Position numbers and translations under genes: made by a program
Shown: positions 50,830-61,579 of the stretch, piece by piece
Numbering within the stretch: the first letter of the stretch is position 1
How the letters are laid out: each line of letters opens with the position of its first letter
The notes under the pieces: model-generated
Database searches by the model: none
The model's input: the letters and a program-made list of their open reading frames with translations, nothing else
Told to the model about the DNA's origin: nothing
Source of the DNA: an uncultured Clostridium sp.
GTDB lineage: Bacteria; Bacillota; Clostridia; TANB77; CAG-508
Assembly: GCA_947648215.1 (NCBI GenBank)
Contig: CANSMW010000002.1
Span: 62,034-126,033, forward strand
Reading direction: 5' to 3'
Length of the DNA: 64,000 bases

Positions 50830-52662
50830 ATGAAGAAGAATGGGGGAATTACATTAATTGCGTTGATTGTTACAGTTATTATTTTACTAATTTTAGTGGG
50901 AATAGTTGGATATGTTTTCCCAAAAAATGGACCAATTGAACACGCCCAATATAGCAAATTTGTAACAGAACTTCGAAATATTGAAGAACAAGTGGAAATG
51001 TACGAAATAGAACAAAAAATAAGTAAAACTAGTGAAGAGCAATTAGAAAACATGTTACCAGTAGGAAATAAAGTAACAGAAGAAGAAAAACAAATAATAA
51101 GACAACACAAAACAGAACTAGAAGAAAAGATAAAAGAATTAAGTGGAAAAGAGATAGAAAATATAGAACTATATTGGATAGACCAAGAAAAAATAGGGAC
51201 ATCATATAAAGAAAGATATCTTATCGATGTAGAAACAAAAGAAATTTATCAATACGAAGGACAAAAAATATATGGATTAATGTGGCATACGGTAGATGAA
51301 GGCATCAAGATGAGAAAAATACAAATTACCATTACACCCCCTAATGAAAAAGTAACACAAATAAACATTAATATAAAATATGGAAGTGAAGGAGTAAAGC
51401 AATATAAAATAGGAAAAGATAATACAAGTTGGAGTGAATATATAGGAGAAATTACCTTGACATCAGAAATGGTAATGGAAAATAAATGGGACAATGAAGA
51501 TAAGACAGTAACATTATATGTAAAGGGAATGGATGACAAAGGAAATGAATTTATAGAAGAGTATGTTATTACCAATCTGGATATAGACCAACCCCAAATA
51601 CCAGATATAAAAGAACCACTAATACCAAAACTAACCAGTAATACAGGAACAAATGGAAAAGTAACTTGTAGTAGTTTTTATGAAGATGGAAGTTGGTGGG
51701 ATGGTTGGATTGCATTTAATCAGAGAAGCCATGGAGATGGTTGGTATGCAATTTCATCACCTGCATGGATACAATATGAATTTAATAATCCCACAACAGT
51801 AAGAAGAATTTATATTTATGCGGAGGTGGGAAGTTCTAATAGTAGTATGACAGGATTGACATTACAATATTCCAATGATGGCATAAATTATCAAAACATT
51901 ATGAACGAATATATATATGCGATAGGAAATAAAACATATATTGATATAGAAGAAGCTAGAATAGCCAAATTTTGGAGATTACAATTTACAAAAGCATCTA
52001 GGGTGTATAATTTGCAATTTTACGGATGTGAGATAGAATTACCTGAGATTCCTATTACAATAAATGACGATATGATAGCCACAATACGATTTGATTCCTT
52101 ATATAGCCAAAAATTATATAAGATAGATGACGGAGAATGGAAAGATTATAGGGATACAGGAATACAATTACAAATAGGGCAAACGATATATGTAAAAGGA
52201 ATAACTAAACAAGGAGAAGAAAAGCAATCTTCTAGAGTTGCAATTTTAGGACCATTAATACCAAAATTGACTAGTAATATAGGATCAAACGGGAAAGTAA
52301 CTTGTAGTAGTCGATATGGAGATGGTTGGGATGGATGGATTGCATTTAATGAAAGAAGTGCCGGGGATGGATGGTATGCAACTTCATCACCTGCATGGAT
52401 ACAGTATGAATTTAATAATCCTACAAAAGTAAGAAGAATGTATATTTATGCAGAAATAGGAAGTTCTAATAATAGTAAAACGGGACTTATACTACAATGT
52501 TCAGAAGATGGAGTGAATTATCAAAATATGATGGGCGAATATACATATACGATAGGAAATAAGACATATATTGATATAGAACAACCTAAAACAGCAAAAT
52601 TCTGGAGATTGCAATTTACAAATGCAGTGAGAGTATATAATTTACAGCTTTATGGTATCTAA
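50830..52662 (+). CDS. Pilin-like N-terminus protein with two discoidin-type repeats
   Basis: ORF track 610 aa. MKKNGGITLIALIVTVIILLILVG. Two ~135-aa repeats: LIPKLTSN.G.NGKVTCSS...GWIAFN.RS.GDGWYA.SSPAWIQYEFNNPT.VRR.YIYAE.GSSN. Confidence 0.75.
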   Translation: MKKNGGITLIALIVTVIILLILVGIVGYVFPKNGPIEHAQYSKFVTELRNIEEQVEMYEIEQKISKTSEEQLENMLPVGNKVTEEEKQIIRQHKTELEEKIKELSGKEIENIELYWIDQEKIGTSYKERYLIDVETKEIYQYEGQKIYGLMWHTVDEGIKMRKIQITITPPNEKVTQININIKYGSEGVKQYKIGKDNTSWSEYIGEITLTSEMVMENKWDNEDKTVTLYVKGMDDKGNEFIEEYVITNLDIDQPQIPDIKEPLIPKLTSNTGTNGKVTCSSFYEDGSWWDGWIAFNQRSHGDGWYAISSPAWIQYEFNNPTTVRRIYIYAEVGSSNSSMTGLTLQYSNDGINYQNIMNEYIYAIGNKTYIDIEEARIAKFWRLQFTKASRVYNLQFYGCEIELPEIPITINDDMIATIRFDSLYSQKLYKIDDGEWKDYRDTGIQLQIGQTIYVKGITKQGEEKQSSRVAILGPLIPKLTSNIGSNGKVTCSSRYGDGWDGWIAFNERSAGDGWYATSSPAWIQYEFNNPTKVRRMYIYAEIGSSNNSKTGLILQCSEDGVNYQNMMGEYTYTIGNKTYIDIEQPKTAKFWRLQFTNAVRVYNLQLYGI

Positions 52663-52722
52663 GATGTAAATAAAAAGAGAGGACCTGTTCGAAAAGGTTC
52701 TCTTCAACAAAATGAATAAATA

Positions 52723-53391
52723 CTAATTTTTTGCAGTCGTAATCTTCACATTTTGTAACCATTCAATCAATTTAAATTTAAAATGAATACCAGAATCTTC
52801 TTGGTTTGAAATAAGTGTAAATTCTTCTTCGGATAAATCTTGTTTCATCGTTTCCTTCGATTCTTCTGGAACAATTCCAGAGCTTACATCCACAAAGCAT
52901 AAGGGAGGAAACATGACACACCACCAATTTTGCCCCTCAGATTTACCAATTTTAATACGAAGAGCATCGTAGTAACCACTCGGTAAGGAAATATCGCCAT
53001 ACGTTTTTGTTGGAAAAGAAAAATTTCCAATTTGCACATCTACGGGATAATCGTATCCATTTTCTAAAATAACCGTTCTTGCAAGACTTTTAAAGGCTTC
53101 TAAATGGGAAGTGGCAATTTGTATGGCTTCTTCTTTACTTTTGGCATTTGCTCCAATTTGATTCATGTACGAAAGTACACGGTCACGTACTTTTAATTTT
53201 AACTCTTGGTCTTCCTTTTCATCACTATTGGCAATCACATGTAAACGTAGTACACTTTCCGAAATATCTTTCGATACTGCATTTACATAGGAAAAAGCAT
53301 TTACGACAATATATAAAAATAGTAAAAACAATAACAAAATTGTCGATTTGATTTTTGGAGATATCTCCATTTTTTTCATCCATTTCATCAT
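52723..53391 (-). CDS. spoIIR: Stage II sporulation protein R
   Basis: ORF track. The likely start is the MMKWMKKM pair at 53391/53388 after GGAGGA. Contains VLRLHVIANSDEKEDQELKLKVRDRVL. Confidence 0.85.
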   Translation of the reverse strand: MMKWMKKMEISPKIKSTILLLFLLFLYIVVNAFSYVNAVSKDISESVLRLHVIANSDEKEDQELKLKVRDRVLSYMNQIGANAKSKEEAIQIATSHLEAFKSLARTVILENGYDYPVDVQIGNFSFPTKTYGDISLPSGYYDALRIKIGKSEGQNWWCVMFPPLCFVDVSSGIVPEESKETMKQDLSEEEFTLISNQEDSGIHFKFKLIEWLQNVKITTAKN

Positions 53392-53615
53392 ATGTCCTCC
53401 TTTATACAAACATAACGTAATTTGTAAAAAATTCTCTTTAAAAAAAGTATTAACCAAAATGAAAAAAATATACATAAACATGAAAAAAATTAAACGCAAT
53501 GTCGGAAAATGGAAGAAATTTTTTTGTATTTATTATGAAATATAATTGACATATTTTTGTAATAATGGTAAAATTTACCAGTAAGCAAAAATAGAGAAAA
53601 AGGTAGGGAAAACAA

Positions 53616-54140
53616 ATGAAAGACAAGGAAACTGAAATTCAAAAAGTATGTGGATTCTATGTGAATGATTGGCATTTTACCACAATGATACTACCATATG
53701 TCAGAAAAGAAATCGAAGGAAATAAAAAAGTAATTACTTTTTTCCAAGATAGTATGAAAGCAAAAGTAGAAGAAATGTTATCGAAAATGAACCTAAACAA
53801 AACCTTTGAAAAAAAGATTTTAGAAATGAATTGGAACAAAGCCAAAAAAGAAGAAATGGAATTAGAAAAAGAAAATACATATATTGAATCCGTAAAAGAA
53901 GATAAACAAACCATTGACATATTAGTAAAAGGCGACAATGAATTTATAGATACAATAAATAAAAAAATAGAAACAGTAGTCAAAGAATTAGGAAGAAAAA
54001 CGAAAATAACAATTATCAATTTTTACGACCTTTCCAAAAATAGGGAAATAAACCCAATTACGAAAAAACACGAATATGTTATTAACACCGCTGGAACGCA
54101 AAGAATTGAAAAGGAAACCAAAACCGAAAAAGAAGCATAA
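53616..54140 (+). CDS. Hypothetical protein
   Basis: ORF track 174 aa. Confidence 0.55.
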   Translation: MKDKETEIQKVCGFYVNDWHFTTMILPYVRKEIEGNKKVITFFQDSMKAKVEEMLSKMNLNKTFEKKILEMNWNKAKKEEMELEKENTYIESVKEDKQTIDILVKGDNEFIDTINKKIETVVKELGRKTKITIINFYDLSKNREINPITKKHEYVINTAGTQRIEKETKTEKEA

Positions 54141-54311
54141 AAGGCCTTTTTGGAACCATCTAACACACAAAAGTGTGCAAAAATAAAATAATTATTTCTA
54201 ACGGACAAACTAGACTTCAAAAATCCTTTATAATATGTCTTGACGAAACATATAATATGGTATAAGATAAAGAAGCAATTGAATAATATATAAAGAAGGA
54301 AGTAAGTTTAG

Positions 54312-55566
54312 ATGGATAAGAAATATGAGAAAGCAAAAGAAAAATTAAAACAATTTAAACAAGAACACTTACTAATTTGGTATGATAAACTAATCGAACA
54401 AAAAAGAGAAGAGCTATTAAATCAAATTTTAAAAATTGATTTTGAACAAATAGAAGAGTTGTATAAACAGACGAAACGTAAACAAGATTTTAAAGATTCT
54501 ACCATTGAACCAATATCCTATATGGATAAAGAAAAATTATCCAAAGAAGAAAGAACTGCCTATGAAGAAGACGGGATTCGAGTTATCAAAGAAGGAAAAT
54601 ATGCAGTTGTAACAATGGCAGGAGGACAAGGAACAAGACTTCGGACATAATGGACCAAAAGGGACCTTCGAGTTAGAAGTAGGAGAAAAAGCACCAGTAC
54701 CACTTTTTACAATTTTAGCACAGACAATATTAAAAGCAAGAAAAAAGTATGATGCAGTCATTCCGTGGTATATTATGACAAGCAAAGAAAACAATTATAA
54801 AACCACTAATTTTTTTGAAAGACATAACTATTTTGGTATGGGAGAAGAAAATATTAAATTTTTTATTCAAAATGAATTACCAATGGTAGATGTTAAAGGC
54901 AAAATTTTAGTAGATGAAAAAGGACTCGTAAAACTAGCAGCTGATGGGCATGGTGGAATTTTTGAAGCAATGCGAAATGAAGGCGTTATTAGTGACATGA
55001 AAAAAAGAGGGATTGAATGGGTATTTATTGCAGGTGTTGACAATGTACTTGCAAAAATGGTAGACCCAGTTCTTACGGGAATGGCAATAAAAAATAAATG
55101 TTTAGCAGCTGGAAAGTCCGTTGTAAAAAACAATCCAAAAGAACGTGTTGGTGTATTTTGTAAAAAAGATAACCGACCAAGTGTTATCGAATATACAGAA
55201 ATAACAGATGAAATGGCAGAAAAGACCGATGAAAATGAGGAATTACTATATGGAGAATCCCATATTTTATGCAATCTATTCCATATAAAAGCCATTAACG
55301 AAATTGCCAAAGACAAATTACCATATCATAGTGCTTTCAAAAAAGCAAAATATATTGATAAAAATGGTGTAATTGTGGTACCAGAAGTACCAAATGCCTA
55401 TAAATTTGAATCTTTCCTTTTTGATGCATTTGAAAAGCTAGACAATATGGCAATTATGAGAGTAAAAAGAGAAGAGGAATTTGCACCAGTAAAAAATGCA
55501 GAAGGTGTAGATAGTCCAGAAACCGCATCAAAATTATACATGGATTTTATGAAACATCACAAATAA
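54312..55566 (+). CDS. UDP-sugar / UDP-N-acetylhexosamine pyrophosphorylase (UDPGP family); needs a +1 frame change at 54642
   Basis: ORF-track pieces 54312..54650 and 54775..55566. The join reads ...VVTMAGGQGTRL-G-HNGPKGTFELEVGEK... Confidence 0.85.
54642..54645 (+). other. Frame-change point: zero-frame CGG, continues in +1 at GGA
   Basis: AGA CTT CGG ACA TAA in the zero frame. The +1 frame is GGA CAT AAT GGA CCA AAA GGG ACC TTC = GHNGPKGTF. Confidence 0.85.
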
Positions 55567-55568
55567 AC

Positions 55569-55594
55569 GTAGGGGTCGATGCCCACATCGACCC
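55569..55594 (+). repeat. GC-rich hairpin repeat after the stop of the UDPGP gene
   Basis: GTAGGGGTCGATG-cccA-CATCGACCC followed by GTTTTGTGTTTTTT. Confidence 0.7.
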
Positions 55595-55631
55595 GTTTTG
55601 TGTTTTTTAGAAAATAAAGGAGGTATAAAAC

Positions 55632-57362
55632 ATGGATTACAAGCAAATTTACGAAGATTGGTGTAACAACCCATTATTTGATGAAGAAACCAAGAGGGAA
55701 TTAGCAAGTATCAAAGATAACGAAGAGGAAATCAAAGACCGTTTTTACAAAAATTTAGAATTTGGAACAGGAGGATTACGTGGTGTTATTGGGAATGGAA
55801 CAAACCGTATGAACCAATATACTGTAAGCAAGGCAACACAAGGACTTGCTAATTACATTATTGAACAAGGAAAACAGCAAAAGGGAGTTGCCATTAGTTA
55901 CGATTCTAGAAACATGTCTAAAGAATTTAGTGAGAAAACAGCACTAACCCTAAATGCAAATGGAATTAAAACATATGTATTTGAGAGCTTAAGACCAGTA
56001 CCAGAATTATCATTTGCGGTTCGCAAATTAGGATGTACAGCAGGAATTATGATTACAGCAAGCCACAATCCACCAAAATACAATGGTTATAAAGTATATT
56101 GGGATGATGGTGCACAAATAGTAGCCCCAGTAGATAAAGAAATCATTGGAAAAGTAAACGAAATTACGGATTTTGGAATGGTAAAATCCATGAAAATGGA
56201 AGAGGCAGTAAAACAAGGGTTATATCATGAAATGGGAAAAGAAATCGATGACGCTTATATGGAAGAATTAAAAAAGCAATGCTTATATCCAGATATCATT
56301 AAAGAAGTAGAAAAAGATATTAAGATTGTTTACACCCCATTACATGGAACTGGAAATATCCCTGTTACTAGAATATTAAAAGAATTAGGATTTACCAATG
56401 TGTATGTAGTGCCAGAACAAGAAAAGCCAGATGGAAACTTTCCAACCGTAGATTATCCAAACCCAGAAGATGCAAAAGCTTTTACATTAGCGTTAGCTTT
56501 AGCAAAAAAAGTAGATGCCGATGTCGTATTAGCTACCGATCCAGATGCGGACAGACTTGGGGTATATGCCAAAGATTCTAACACGGGAGAATATATGCCA
56601 TTTACTGGAAATATGTCTGGCATGTTAATTGCTGAATATCTATTAAGTGGAAGAAAAGAAAGAGGAATTCTTCCTCAAAATGGGGCATTTATTAAGACAA
56701 TTGTATCTACTAATATGGCAGACGCTATCGCCAAAGAATATGACATGAAATTAATGGAAGTACTAACCGGTTTTAAATTTATTGGAGAAAAAATAAGAGA
56801 ATTTGAGAAAACAAAAGAATACACCTATCAATTTGGTTTTGAAGAAAGCTATGGTTGTTTAGTAGGAACTCATGCAAGAGATAAAGACGCAATTTCTGCT
56901 GTGATGGTACTTTGTGAAGCCACTGCCTTTTATAAAAAGCAAGGCTTAACTCTGTGGGATCAAATGATTCGCTTATATGAAAAATATGGATATTACAAAG
57001 AAGGAATTAGTACCATTACCATGGAAGGGGCAAAAGGAGCTACTCAAATACAAGAAATGATGGAGCATTTAAGACAAAACCCACCACAAGCTTTTGGAAA
57101 TTATCGTGTATTAGAAATAAGAGATTATCAATTAAGAAGAGCAAAAAATGTACAAACTGGTGAAATCTCTGAAATAACGCTACCAACTTCGAATGTATTA
57201 TATTATGAACTTGAAAATAATAGTTGGTGTTGTGCAAGACCATCTGGAACCGAGCCAAAAATCAAATTCTATATGGGAATTAAGGCACATTCCATGGAAG
57301 AAGCAAACCAACAGTTAGAAGAATTAAAACAAGCTGTATTAGACGTTGTCAATTCAAAATAA
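55632..57362 (+). CDS. pgm: Phospho-sugar mutase (phosphoglucomutase/phosphomannomutase family)
   Basis: ORF track 576 aa. Active-site loop TASHNPPKYNGYK. Confidence 0.9.
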   Translation: MDYKQIYEDWCNNPLFDEETKRELASIKDNEEEIKDRFYKNLEFGTGGLRGVIGNGTNRMNQYTVSKATQGLANYIIEQGKQQKGVAISYDSRNMSKEFSEKTALTLNANGIKTYVFESLRPVPELSFAVRKLGCTAGIMITASHNPPKYNGYKVYWDDGAQIVAPVDKEIIGKVNEITDFGMVKSMKMEEAVKQGLYHEMGKEIDDAYMEELKKQCLYPDIIKEVEKDIKIVYTPLHGTGNIPVTRILKELGFTNVYVVPEQEKPDGNFPTVDYPNPEDAKAFTLALALAKKVDADVVLATDPDADRLGVYAKDSNTGEYMPFTGNMSGMLIAEYLLSGRKERGILPQNGAFIKTIVSTNMADAIAKEYDMKLMEVLTGFKFIGEKIREFEKTKEYTYQFGFEESYGCLVGTHARDKDAISAVMVLCEATAFYKKQGLTLWDQMIRLYEKYGYYKEGISTITMEGAKGATQIQEMMEHLRQNPPQAFGNYRVLEIRDYQLRRAKNVQTGEISEITLPTSNVLYYELENNSWCCARPSGTEPKIKFYMGIKAHSMEEANQQLEELKQAVLDVVNSK

Positions 57363-57365
57363 GAA

Positions 57366-57393
57366 AACCCGCCGTTACGAATAACGGCGGGTT
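57366..57393. terminator. Bidirectional hairpin terminator
   Basis: AACCCGCCGTT-acgaat-AACGGCGGGTT. Confidence 0.7.
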
Positions 57394-58127
57394 CAACCTT
57401 CATCAATACTTTTTCCATTAATCTCCCATCCCTTTATATGACTTCTCATAATAGCACCATATAAATTAGCACGAACATGGGGAATATCTACTTGTAAGTC
57501 TTTTATCATTTGTTTCATATCTTCTCTTTTAGAAACCCCATCCATTGGACAGTTTTTAGGCATGATAGCAATGGCTTGCTTTTTAATAAATCTTCGAATT
57601 TCCTTTTCAGGTGTATAAATAAGAGGACGAATAAGAGTCATTTTAGAGCGGTCCATATAGCTAATCGGAGCAAACGTAGAAATACTTCCTGTGTAAAATA
57701 AATTTAGTAAAAAGGTTTCTAAAACATCATCTTCATTATGTCCAAGAGCAATTTTGTTACAACCTTCACGAAGAGCGGTTGTGTTTAAGATACCACGACG
57801 AAGGTTAGCACATAAAGAACAAGGATTTTTTTCTTTTCGTATATCAAAAACAATTTCCTTAATGTGGCTTTCTTCGATAAAAAGAGGAACATCTAGGTTA
57901 GCACAAATTTTTTCCAAAATAGAAGAGTCAAAAAACTCAAAACCAGGATTTACACTAATGGCAATTAAATCAAAATTTTTAGGATAAAAACGTTGTAATG
58001 CCTTTAGTGAAGAAAGCAAAGTAATGGAGTCTTTTCCGCCAGACAATCCAACTGCAATTTTATCTCCTTCTTCAATCATATGAAAATCTTCAATTGCTTT
58101 TCGCAAATAACTTAATATTTTTTGCAT
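57393..58127 (-). CDS. ttcA: TtcA-family PP-loop tRNA thiolation ATPase
   Basis: ORF track 244 aa. GLSGGKDS PP-loop, CSLCANLRRG. Confidence 0.8.
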   Translation of the reverse strand: MQKILSYLRKAIEDFHMIEEGDKIAVGLSGGKDSITLLSSLKALQRFYPKNFDLIAISVNPGFEFFDSSILEKICANLDVPLFIEESHIKEIVFDIRKEKNPCSLCANLRRGILNTTALREGCNKIALGHNEDDVLETFLLNLFYTGSISTFAPISYMDRSKMTLIRPLIYTPEKEIRRFIKKQAIAIMPKNCPMDGVSKREDMKQMIKDLQVDIPHVRANLYGAIMRSHIKGWEINGKSIDEG

Positions 58128-58151
58128 GATTTCCTCTCCTTATCCGTAAAA

Positions 58152-58382
58152 TCAATTTGCCTTTAACATATTTAAATCTTCCTCATTAATCTCATCAAGC
58201 CCTTCAACAGCCACAAGATTATCATTTAATAATTCCGAAATTTCACTTTTATTTAAAACTTTATCATAGTGATAAATGCCATTTACCCAATCACGCCTAG
58301 CACTATAAATTTGGTCTAAATTGTTTGCACCTCGAACATCACAATGATAAAGATTATTTTCATATACTTTTGGTTCTCGCAT
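58152..58382 (-). CDS. Small hypothetical protein
   Basis: ORF track 76 aa. Confidence 0.45.
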   Translation of the reverse strand: MREPKVYENNLYHCDVRGANNLDQIYSARRDWVNGIYHYDKVLNKSEISELLNDNLVAVEGLDEINEEDLNMLKAN

Positions 58383-58551
58383 AAAACCCCTCTTTCATTT
58401 TTGATAATCATACAATAAAGATGGGAAAAAAGCAAGAAGTTAGACACAAATTGTCTAAAACAAAATAGATAAAAAAGCAAACTCATAACTAAAAAAGAAA
58501 TGAGTTTGCATATATAATTAATTACAAGCGTAATGAAAGTCAAATTATCAG

Positions 58552-58704
58552 TTAATCTTTAAAAATATTTAAACGATCTTCAATAAAATCAAGCACAGGA
58601 ACTACTTTTTTATTATCTGCTTGAAGATAAAAGAAAGTAGAACCTTCTAAAGTTTTGCATACGTTAATATGAATATTTCCGACAACTTTACCTTTAATAG
58701 GCAT
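58552..58704 (-). CDS. Small hypothetical protein (50 aa)
   Basis: ATG 58704 after AAAGGGGTG. MPIKGKVVGNIHINVCKTLEGSTFFYLQADNKK... Confidence 0.4.
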   Translation of the reverse strand: MPIKGKVVGNIHINVCKTLEGSTFFYLQADNKKVVPVLDFIEDRLNIFKD

Positions 58705-58907
58705 AAAAAAACACCCCTTTCTTCTTATGTATTTTATGAACGCACGTACGTAACATATGATACCATAAAATGTGTCGAACATTGTAGGAAAGGAAAAAAA
58801 TGGAAGTTGAGATAGGAAAAGAGAAATATTTGTGAAGGGACTTGATTAATATGGGTAAATATTATAAAATAGTTAATGTAAATATAAAAAAGAACATAGA
58901 GGAAAAC

Positions 58908-58983
<76 letters not shown>

Positions 58984-59023
58984 TAAAAATAAATTCTATG
59001 TTTTTACATAGGAGTTACTATAT

Positions 59024-59497
59024 ATGGAACAAAATAAAGCACAAGAAAAATTTATGAAAGAAGCATTAAAAGAAGCCCAAAAAGCATATGACAAACTAGA
59101 AGTACCAGTAGGTGCGGTTATTGTGAAGGATGGCAAAGTAATTGCAAGAGCACACAATGTAAAAGAAGAAAAGAAGGATACAACCAAACATGCAGAAATA
59201 TTAGCCATTAGTAAAGCTAGTAAAAAGCTAGGAAGTTGGAGATTAATTGATTGTGACATGTATGTTACTTTAGAGCCATGTTCGATGTGTGCTGGAGCAT
59301 TAATCAATGCGAGGATAAAAAAAGTATATATTGGTACAATGGACCAAAAAACAGGAGCATGTGGTTCTGTTTTTAACTTATTAGAAGATTATACGTTTAA
59401 TCATAAAGTAGAAATAGAAACAGGAATCTTACAAGAAGAGTGTGAAAGTATGCTTAAAAATTTCTTTCGAGAACTACGAAAGAGCAAGAAAAAATAA
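59024..59497 (+). CDS. tadA: tRNA-specific adenosine deaminase
   Basis: ORF track 157 aa. HAEILAI, LEPCSMCAGA. Confidence 0.9.
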   Translation: MEQNKAQEKFMKEALKEAQKAYDKLEVPVGAVIVKDGKVIARAHNVKEEKKDTTKHAEILAISKASKKLGSWRLIDCDMYVTLEPCSMCAGALINARIKKVYIGTMDQKTGACGSVFNLLEDYTFNHKVEIETGILQEECESMLKNFFRELRKSKKK

Positions 59498-59503
59498 AAA
59501 TAT

Positions 59504-59594
59504 GGAGAGGTGTCTGAGTGGTTTAAGGTGTATGTCTCGAAAACATATGTAGGGTGATACCCTACCGTGGGTTCAAATCCCACTCTCTCCGCCA
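59504..59594 (+). tRNA. tRNA-Ser (CGA), long variable arm
   Basis: GGAGAGG acceptor. Anticodon arm TATGT-CTCGAAA-ACATA. Variable arm GTAGGGTGATACCCTAC. T-loop TTCAAAT. Encoded CCA. Confidence 0.85.
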
Positions 59595-59666
59595 CAAAAC
59601 AAAGGAAGACTAGGCATGTGCTTAGTCTTTCCTACCAAACGATAGAAACATACAAAGGAGAAATAG

Positions 59667-60404
59667 ATGAAACAATTAAAGTTTTTTAAGAAAAATATCA
59701 TCATGTTACTTATTGCCATCATTGCTATTATGGTTGTTAGTATCATTCTAAAATACCATGTGGAAGGAGAAGAAAATCCACCATTTCAAGTATCTAAGAT
59801 TATGGTAATTAGCAATGCTTATGGGGTACAAAAAGAGGAACAGGAAGCCAATTGGAATTTAGATGTGGTCCAAAATAATGATATTTATATCGATATTGTC
59901 AAAAACAAAAATAGTGAAACACAGGAAATCATTCATAAAATTGTATTAAGTGATTTTCACCTAGAAAGAGCTCCTAAGAAAGGGGAAATTATTAAATATC
60001 ATCCACAAAGTTTAGAAAATGGTGTTTATGATAATAAAGAAGAATATAAAATAACAGAAAAATTAGAATATAGTGGAAATGAAGAAAAGTCTGATATTAA
60101 AAATTTGCAAATTTCAAACCAAGGAGGACTAATCTTTTTAAGAGTTGTAAATGAAAATTTAGGAAATTATTCTGTAAATGAAACAGAAGAAATAAGACAT
60201 GATGGAACATTACTTGAAAAAATAGGAATAACAGATGAAGAAGTTTCCTTTTCAATTAGTTTTGACTTATCTATTGAATTGAAATCAGAAAAAAAGTATA
60301 AAGCAAACGTAACCTTAGAAATGCCAAAAGGGAACCTAACAAAAGAGGGAACGACGAATTATCAAATTTTTGGTAGTGAAGAATTAGTATTTAAGAGATA
60401 TTAA
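59667..60404 (+). CDS. Hypothetical membrane-anchored protein
   Basis: ORF track 245 aa. N-terminal TM segment LLIAIIAIMVVSIIL. Confidence 0.6.
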   Translation: MKQLKFFKKNIIMLLIAIIAIMVVSIILKYHVEGEENPPFQVSKIMVISNAYGVQKEEQEANWNLDVVQNNDIYIDIVKNKNSETQEIIHKIVLSDFHLERAPKKGEIIKYHPQSLENGVYDNKEEYKITEKLEYSGNEEKSDIKNLQISNQGGLIFLRVVNENLGNYSVNETEEIRHDGTLLEKIGITDEEVSFSISFDLSIELKSEKKYKANVTLEMPKGNLTKEGTTNYQIFGSEELVFKRY

Positions 60405-60441
60405 AAATAGGATAGAACCTTATAGGCTCTATCCTAATAAA

Positions 60442-60792
60442 TTATTTACTTAGCATCTTTATGGCATCTTCTATATTTCCGATAAAAAATATATCTTTCC
60501 CCTTATTGCTCTCATATATGAAATCTTTTAATGGCTTACTTGTATATTTTGAATAATCTCCATATATGGCAAATTTAGTTTGATAGTTTATAAATTTTTG
60601 TAAAATTTCTCCTGCTAATCCCGTGCTTAGTATGAAGAAATCTTCTGATACAGCCTCTTTATTTAGTGCTATTTTATTGCAGTTTGTTTCATATTGTATG
60701 GTCATAATAAAATCAATTGCAGATGAAACATCTTTTATGATAAGTTCATTACTTTTCACAATTGCTATATCGTTTACAATTTTTGTCTCCAT
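60442..60792 (-). CDS. DUF4180-like protein
   Basis: ORF track 116 aa. The FFILSTGLAGEILQKFINYQTKFAIYGDYS pattern matches the family as I recall it. Confidence 0.6.
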   Translation of the reverse strand: METKIVNDIAIVKSNELIIKDVSSAIDFIMTIQYETNCNKIALNKEAVSEDFFILSTGLAGEILQKFINYQTKFAIYGDYSKYTSKPLKDFIYESNKGKDIFFIGNIEDAIKMLSK

Positions 60793-61012
60793 TTTGGTAA
60801 CCTCCTTTAAATACTATTTGAACGACTGCTACTAGAGCAGTTTCAAATCATTACGATTAGGCTAAGAATATTATACCATAAACTTCAATTAAAGTTAAGT
60901 AAATATATTTTTTTGATATAGAGTTGTAGCTTAAGGGGGAAGAAGCATAGAATCAATAATGTTTACTTTTTTATCGAATTATTATAAAATTAAAGAAAAT
61001 AGGAGGATTAAA

Positions 61013-61579
61013 ATGCAAAAAAGAAGCAAGGATGATATTACATATGAAGATGAAATAAAAAGTATGTCACATGATGAATTTAAAGATTATTGTTTAAAAT
61101 TATCCAAAGATATAAAAGATTATTGTGATACAAATAATTTAAAAATTGATTATGTAGTTCCAATTTTGCGTAGTGGTGCTGTTCCTGCTGTTTATATTTC
61201 AAATGAATTAAACTTAATTAAATTTGCACCAATTCAAGTAAAAAAGATAAAGCAAAATGGGGTGTACGACCATATAGTATTATTAAATTCATTAAAAGAA
61301 TTAGACAAAAATAAAAGGTTAAATTTATTATTAGTAGAAGGTACATATAGTTCTGGTGATACGGTTAATACGGCATTAGAAGAAATAAAAAGAACGTTAC
61401 CAAAAGTTAAAATTTTATTTGCAACTATTTGTATAAGGGGAAAAGAAAATATGCCAAAAGGTATAGAAAAAGGATTTTATGGTTTTGACCTACCAAGAGA
61501 AAAACTTTTTATATATCCTTGGGAAACTGTAAAAATGAAAGAAAATCACCCAGACCAAAAAGTAGAAAACATTTTTTAA
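61013..61579 (+). CDS. Phosphoribosyltransferase-domain protein
   Basis: ATG 61013 after AGGAGGA. PRT loop LLLVEGTYSSGDTV. Confidence 0.65.
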   Translation: MQKRSKDDITYEDEIKSMSHDEFKDYCLKLSKDIKDYCDTNNLKIDYVVPILRSGAVPAVYISNELNLIKFAPIQVKKIKQNGVYDHIVLLNSLKELDKNKRLNLLLVEGTYSSGDTVNTALEEIKRTLPKVKILFATICIRGKENMPKGIEKGFYGFDLPREKLFIYPWETVKMKENHPDQKVENIF

